A stretch of 53,668 nucleotides of DNA, from assembly GCA_003166335.1 (NCBI GenBank), contig PMWA01000062.1, positions 1-53,668 of the forward strand, in the 5' to 3' direction. The notes beneath the pieces were generated by a model that was not told the origin of the DNA, did not search any database, and was given only the letters and a program-made list of their open reading frames with translations. This DNA comes from Methanobacterium sp. GTDB lineage: Archaea > Methanobacteriota > Methanobacteria > Methanobacteriales > Methanobacteriaceae. The position numbers were made by a program, and so were the translations under genes. Below are positions 49,210-53,668 of this stretch, in pieces (within the stretch, counting starts at the first letter, position 1; each line of letters opens with the position of its first letter).

Positions 49210-50133
49210 AAACTCAATTTATTTCTTTATAAATTTGTATTATTGTATTTTACAAAAATTTCTAATGATTTAATATTTAATAAAATTCTTTGGAATTGAA
49301 TTCAAGGCATTATCAGATCATTCCAGAGCTTATTTGTACATTTCAAGTTATTAAATAAGATCATTATGATCAATTAATAAAATAAAATCGCATTTTATAA
49401 TAATCTACGGTTTTACTTTATTTTTTTAGATGAATATCGTCTAATGTATAATGTGGTTGAGTAATAGAACTATTATCTAATTAATATAATATTTTTCAAA
49501 TAGTAGCAATGATTATTCATAGTATCTTATAATATATTATAACTGATTTAAAATGTCGTAAAACAAATACTGGGTATCCTTAGATTTATAACTACACTTT
49601 AAGGCTATTTTCGATGTACTTTTACGAAAAAAAAGTATTATTGAATTCTTAATAAATTTGATGAAACGATAAGAATTAAGCAACATATGCCTAAATGGAT
49701 TTTAGATTTCAACATAAATGATTACAAAATTGAAGATTTGGAAAGAATGGATAATGATAACTTCAAAGTTTCAATATCGATTGAAAGGTGAAAAAGCTTT
49801 TATTATGTTCATTTATTTGGTGACTATATCATAAGTTACTTCTATAAGCCACTAACCCACTAGAACAATACAAAAATAAGTATTTTATTTAATTCTTTGG
49901 TTATTTTATAACGCACCTATTCCATCAATCATTCATCGCAATTAAATGCTATTCACTGATAAATATTTTTGTGGATAGTTTATTTTAATTAGACTTTATT
50001 GAGTTTTAATCAACATCTTGTGAATTACTTAAGATAACATTTAAATAAATTTAAATTCATTGTCATTTGATAATTTATCAAATAATCGAATAGTTAATGC
50101 ATAAATCTATTCTGAATAATTTTAATCTTATTC

Positions 50134-50161
50134 ACTTCGTTATAGATAGCTATGACGAAGT
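50134..50161. repeat. dif-like palindrome copy f: ACTTCGTTATA-GATAGC-TATGACGAAGT
   Basis: Near-perfect 28-bp palindrome in decayed intergenic DNA. Confidence 0.7.
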
Positions 50162-50214
50162 TGATTCAATAAATATCTCCCGGATATATGCAGTTATTTG
50201 GTGACTAAAGCTTT

Positions 50215-50637
50215 AATAGGGGATCAGGTGGACTAAAGAAAGATCCAAATGCAAGTTACAGTAAAACCCTATAATTCAGGAAGTATAACATATAAACCAA
50301 AGATTTGGAATTCAAACCTGAAGAGAAAATTAATGGTTAGGATACGGTGATTCGACATTTATTTGATGGTGAGCACAGCCTTATAATTAGAAAAATAGAT
50401 GAAAATAAGGTTTTATTCATTCAAAAAGAGAAGTTCACGGAAGTCTTAGTACCAATTCTCTCCGGATTATTAAGGAACACTGAAATCAGCTTCAAAATGA
50501 TGGATGAGGCTTTAAAAAAAAGGAGCCGAAAAAAAATTCAAGGCATAATAAGGTTTATACTACATTCTTTTTTTTTAACTCAAGAACTAAGTTTTCCCAT
50601 TTACTGGGACAAATTTTTTGCATATTTTAGGACCTAA
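50215..50637 (+). pseudogene. Decayed SRPBCC paralogue with in-frame stops
   Basis: DLEFKPEEKINGWDTVIRHLFDGEHSLIIRKIDENKVLFIQKEKFT parallels the intact copy. Stops interrupt the upstream part. Confidence 0.55.
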
Positions 50638-50714
50638 TTACTTGATATTTTTTTTAAAGCTAAAATAATTTAGGCGAAAAAGTACATAAATTACATTGGG
50701 AGTTGAAAAGATTT

Positions 50715-51107
50715 ATGAAAAATATAGTAGAAACCGGAATAGAAATGGGTGTTTTTGATACATTAATAGCGGCAGCTAAAGCTGCAGGACTTGTTGAAAC
50801 GTTAAGCAAGGAAACTTTAACTGTTTTTGCACCTAATGATAATGCATTTGGCAAATTACCTGCAGGAACAGTGGAAGGACTTCTTGATGATAAGGATAAA
50901 TTAACAGAAATTCTAACTTATCATGTAGTTGCTGGCAAGCATCTGTCTTCAGAACTCATGAATATGAGAAATATACAATCTCTGCAGGGTGGAGAATTAC
51001 AATTAGACATCAAAAGAAACATGGTAAACGATGCTAAAATTCTCCGAGCGGATATTGAATGCTCCAACGGAGTTTGCCACATGATCGATTCCGTATTAAT
51101 GCCCTAA
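50715..51107 (+). CDS. Fasciclin (FAS1) domain protein
   Basis: LTVFAPNDNAF ... ILTYHVV ... pattern. Confidence 0.8.
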   Translation: MKNIVETGIEMGVFDTLIAAAKAAGLVETLSKETLTVFAPNDNAFGKLPAGTVEGLLDDKDKLTEILTYHVVAGKHLSSELMNMRNIQSLQGGELQLDIKRNMVNDAKILRADIECSNGVCHMIDSVLMP

Positions 51108-51276
51108 AAAACTCTTAAAATCTAAAAATCAAAATTTGTAAATTTTAAAAAAAAATTCTCTATTAATTCTTTTTTACTATATAAAGCACTTTTTTTTATT
51201 TAACTTTGGATGTAGATGAACTAACTGAACATTATTTATCCCAGATTGTATTAGTTTCTCATTAGCTTACTTAGCA

Positions 51277-51679
51277 TTAATCCCCACAGCAATTATTTGA
51301 ATGAATTCCACTTAATCCAATGTAAATTGCAAAAATGATCGCTATTCCCGTGCCGCGATGATGCCAATAACTTGTTCAGATGAATTAAGTGGATAGAGAC
51401 CATCTGCAACGAGAGAAGCTCGTCCAATGATATTAGCGCCCAGCAGCAGGATTGCTAAAGCTCCAGCCCATTTTTCCATAGTTATGATATGTAAACCAGC
51501 AGCAATATAGAAAGAACCAATAATGGCTGCTGAGTAAGTTAAAGGTTTATCTGGGATGTGGTAATGCCGAAGAAGTTATGAGTTAAAACCAGTAATTATC
51601 TCTGCAATACCGAATAGAATCATCAAAATTGAATAATTAAGATTCCACGAGGAATATTTAATTTATCATTCATATTCAT
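51277..51679 (-). pseudogene. Small membrane protein broken by frameshifts
   Basis: Hydrophobic segments (ILMILFGIAEIITGF / AAIIGSFYIAAGLHII / ALAILLLGANIIG) fall in different frames. Confidence 0.35.
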
Positions 51680-51804
51680 TAACACACCAAAAAAATTTAT
51701 AATCTTTTAAAAAAATTATTCATATTCAAATTTTGATTAATCTCAATTATGAAAAGAATTTATGAAACTATAGGAAACCTAATACTATTTTTTTGATATC
51801 TGTT

Positions 51805-52674
51805 TTATAAAAAAAATCTTCGCAACTCACGCGCCACACGTTCCGGCTTGCCGCTGTTTGTTGGAGCCGCATGGTCAAGACCAAATAATTCACGCCGCTT
51901 AGCGTGCGGTAATACTTTGCATAAGGCATCGATGATATCTTTCAAAAATAAGGGGCTCTTACTGCCCTCGAGCAATAAAACTTCCGCTTGAACGGCTTTA
52001 AAGTTTTCAATCGTTCCCTCTGTTTCGACTAGGAGTTGATAATCGTAGTGTTGCGTGGGAACAAGCACCTGCAGCGGCACGTCATCTCCTGTGACTTTTT
52101 TAGCATCTTCCTCCAATGTACGTGTGAAAATTCGTATCAATACAAATCGTGGTAATAAATTAAACATTGAAGGCATGATTCCTAAACCTTTCAAGACGGT
52201 TACCAGTGCTGCTGCTATTTTACCCTCCGAAATCTCTTGATCAAAACGTTGCATAACACTGTTAAATTTGTTCAGTAATGAATGGTCTATATACAGAGGT
52301 GGCTCGTAGAGGGTGATTTTATGGATAACGGGTAAATTAAGCGCCGCCTGTAGGGAGATAAGTGCACCTGAGCTCAGTCCGAAAACATAGTGTGCATCGG
52401 TTATATTAAGAATTGCATCTAAATCTTCAACTTCTTTTTGTATGCTGTAGTTATTGCCGATGGGTCCGCTTAAACCCCGGCCACGGCGATCTGGAATATA
52501 TACGGTGAATTCATCGGATAGTGCCTCACCCAGCTTCATAAAATGCTGTGAGGATGCCATGCCACCGTGCACGAGAATAAGACCTGGACCATTGCCTAGC
52601 AACCGATAACCAATAATAGTACCATCTTTAGAGGTTAACGATCTCGTAGTGTATGATTGATTTGTAGTATCCAT
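51805..52674 (-). CDS. Alpha/beta hydrolase
   Basis: LILVHGG, PDRRGRG and the nucleophile elbow GLSSG. The start at MDTTNQ has AAGGAG upstream. The gene is visibly more G+C-rich than its flanks. Confidence 0.8.
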   Translation of the reverse strand: MDTTNQSYTTRSLTSKDGTIIGYRLLGNGPGLILVHGGMASSQHFMKLGEALSDEFTVYIPDRRGRGLSGPIGNNYSIQKEVEDLDAILNITDAHYVFGLSSGALISLQAALNLPVIHKITLYEPPLYIDHSLLNKFNSVMQRFDQEISEGKIAAALVTVLKGLGIMPSMFNLLPRFVLIRIFTRTLEEDAKKVTGDDVPLQVLVPTQHYDYQLLVETEGTIENFKAVQAEVLLLEGSKSPLFLKDIIDALCKVLPHAKRRELFGLDHAAPTNSGKPERVARELRRFFL

Positions 52675-52997
52675 AAAAAAATACTCCTTTCTATTACCAA
52701 ATAAAATAATCATCAATAAAATATTTACAAAGCATCGTGAAGTAGGATCAATGGTCTGCTGTGGCGTGAATTTTATAATATACGATTATGACCATTCAAG
52801 CTAGTATTATTGCTATCGTTTTTGTTCATAAAATGATTCTTATTCTATAAATAACCAGAAATGTTTATTATTATGGGTTTTTATTCTTATTAATTTTTTT
52901 CGATTTATAGATAGATTGATTTAAAAAAGAGTTTAAATTTAGATTTAAAATAATAATTTCTATTTCAATCATAATCCTTTACGGTAAGACAAAAAAA

Positions 52998-53497
52998 ATG
53001 TTTTATAATCTTATATTCCCAATGCTCTTACATATTTCAGGTTCATAGCGGCGGCTCTCTTTTTTTATACATTTTTTAATGATTTCATTCTAATTTCATT
53101 ACTCCTAATAGTTTTAGCAGGCATTACAAATATCTTAGATGGTAATATCGCCAGGAAAATAGATTCAACTTCAAATAAGGGTGCATACCTTGACGTGATA
53201 TCTGATTTTGCATTGATAATCACCTGTTTTTTGGCATTCGTTATCAAAGGCTGGTACAACCCTCTAATTCTCATATTAATTATCACCATGTTCATTCTAT
53301 TTATTGGAACATCAGGTCTTAAAAAACCGGTTTACGATCCAGTTGGAAAATATTTAGGAGCATATTTAATGGTAATGATTTTCATCTTACTTTTATTCCA
53401 AGAACCATTAATTAGAGAAATCTTACTTGTTTTATTAGTCATCATCTGGCTGGTTTCTATAATAAGTCGTTTATACAGTATTTTTATCCAGAAATAA
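52998..53497 (+). CDS. CDP-alcohol phosphatidyltransferase family protein with an apparent 1-nt frameshift near 53012-53016
   Basis: DGNIARKIDSTSNKGAYLDVISD fits D-G-x2-A-R-x8-G-x3-D-x3-D. The family-typical IPNALTYFRF is in frame with the motif but not with the ATG at 52998. Confidence 0.65.
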
Positions 53498-53668
53498 ATA
53501 GATTTATAGAATTGCGTTACTCAAGAAACTTTTTATGCTGATGAATTCTGGGATGAGTTCGACCAGAATACTTCTGCCTTCATTATAGCAGTAATTTATG
53601 TTTTTTCCTAAAAGATTTGCTTATGATTAATGAATAGAGCAGAGACATAGGCTATGAAGATGCTCTCT

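Noticed and set aside
53065-53295. ORF 53065-53295 (-)
   Set aside because: It is antisense to the CDP-alcohol phosphatidyltransferase frame, which carries the diagnostic motif.

Overview
AT-rich archaeal chromosome segment. Gene content suggests Methanobacteriales (MTH865-like protein, archaeal-type PheRS alpha, PMP-repeat adhesin-like protein, ThiS/SAMP-like protein). Positions 1 to about 25.9 kb are one arm of an integrated head-tail provirus that continues past the left window edge. Reading right to left on the minus strand it carries a tyrosine integrase, a divergent RHH switch region, about 35 small early ORFs, putative terS, terL, portal, a MuF-like protein and an HK97-like prohead protease. 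The early ORFs include two HNH-AP2 endonucleases, a SWIM finger protein and a split TFB-like pair. The head module is interrupted by three non-viral inserts: a C45/Ntn hydrolase, a degenerate receiver domain plus membrane protein, and an adhesin-like beta-helix protein. Some inserts are bracketed by a recurrent 27-28 bp dif-like palindrome. That palindrome also occurs twice in decayed host intergenic DNA. The provirus also holds a roughly 300-nt stem-rich candidate ncRNA next to a repeat-flanked HNH-AP2 gene, a non-canonical tRNA-like element, phased GC-rich repeats at terS (pac candidate) and an iteron-like intergenic region. From 25.9 kb onward the genes are host-type: MBL hydrolase, tRNA-Thr(CGT), aroC, a 2-oxoacid:ferredoxin oxidoreductase pair, hemB, a CitG-like protein and pheS. 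These are followed by a second orphan copy of a proviral gene next to about 1 kb of AT-rich non-coding DNA. Beyond that lies an accessory stretch of redox and regulatory genes with several decayed paralogues. Many host ORFs are broken by single-nucleotide frameshifts, several at A/T homopolymers. Consensus errors are therefore likely, and start or stop calls should be treated with caution. No CRISPR array, rRNA or classical IS element was seen.
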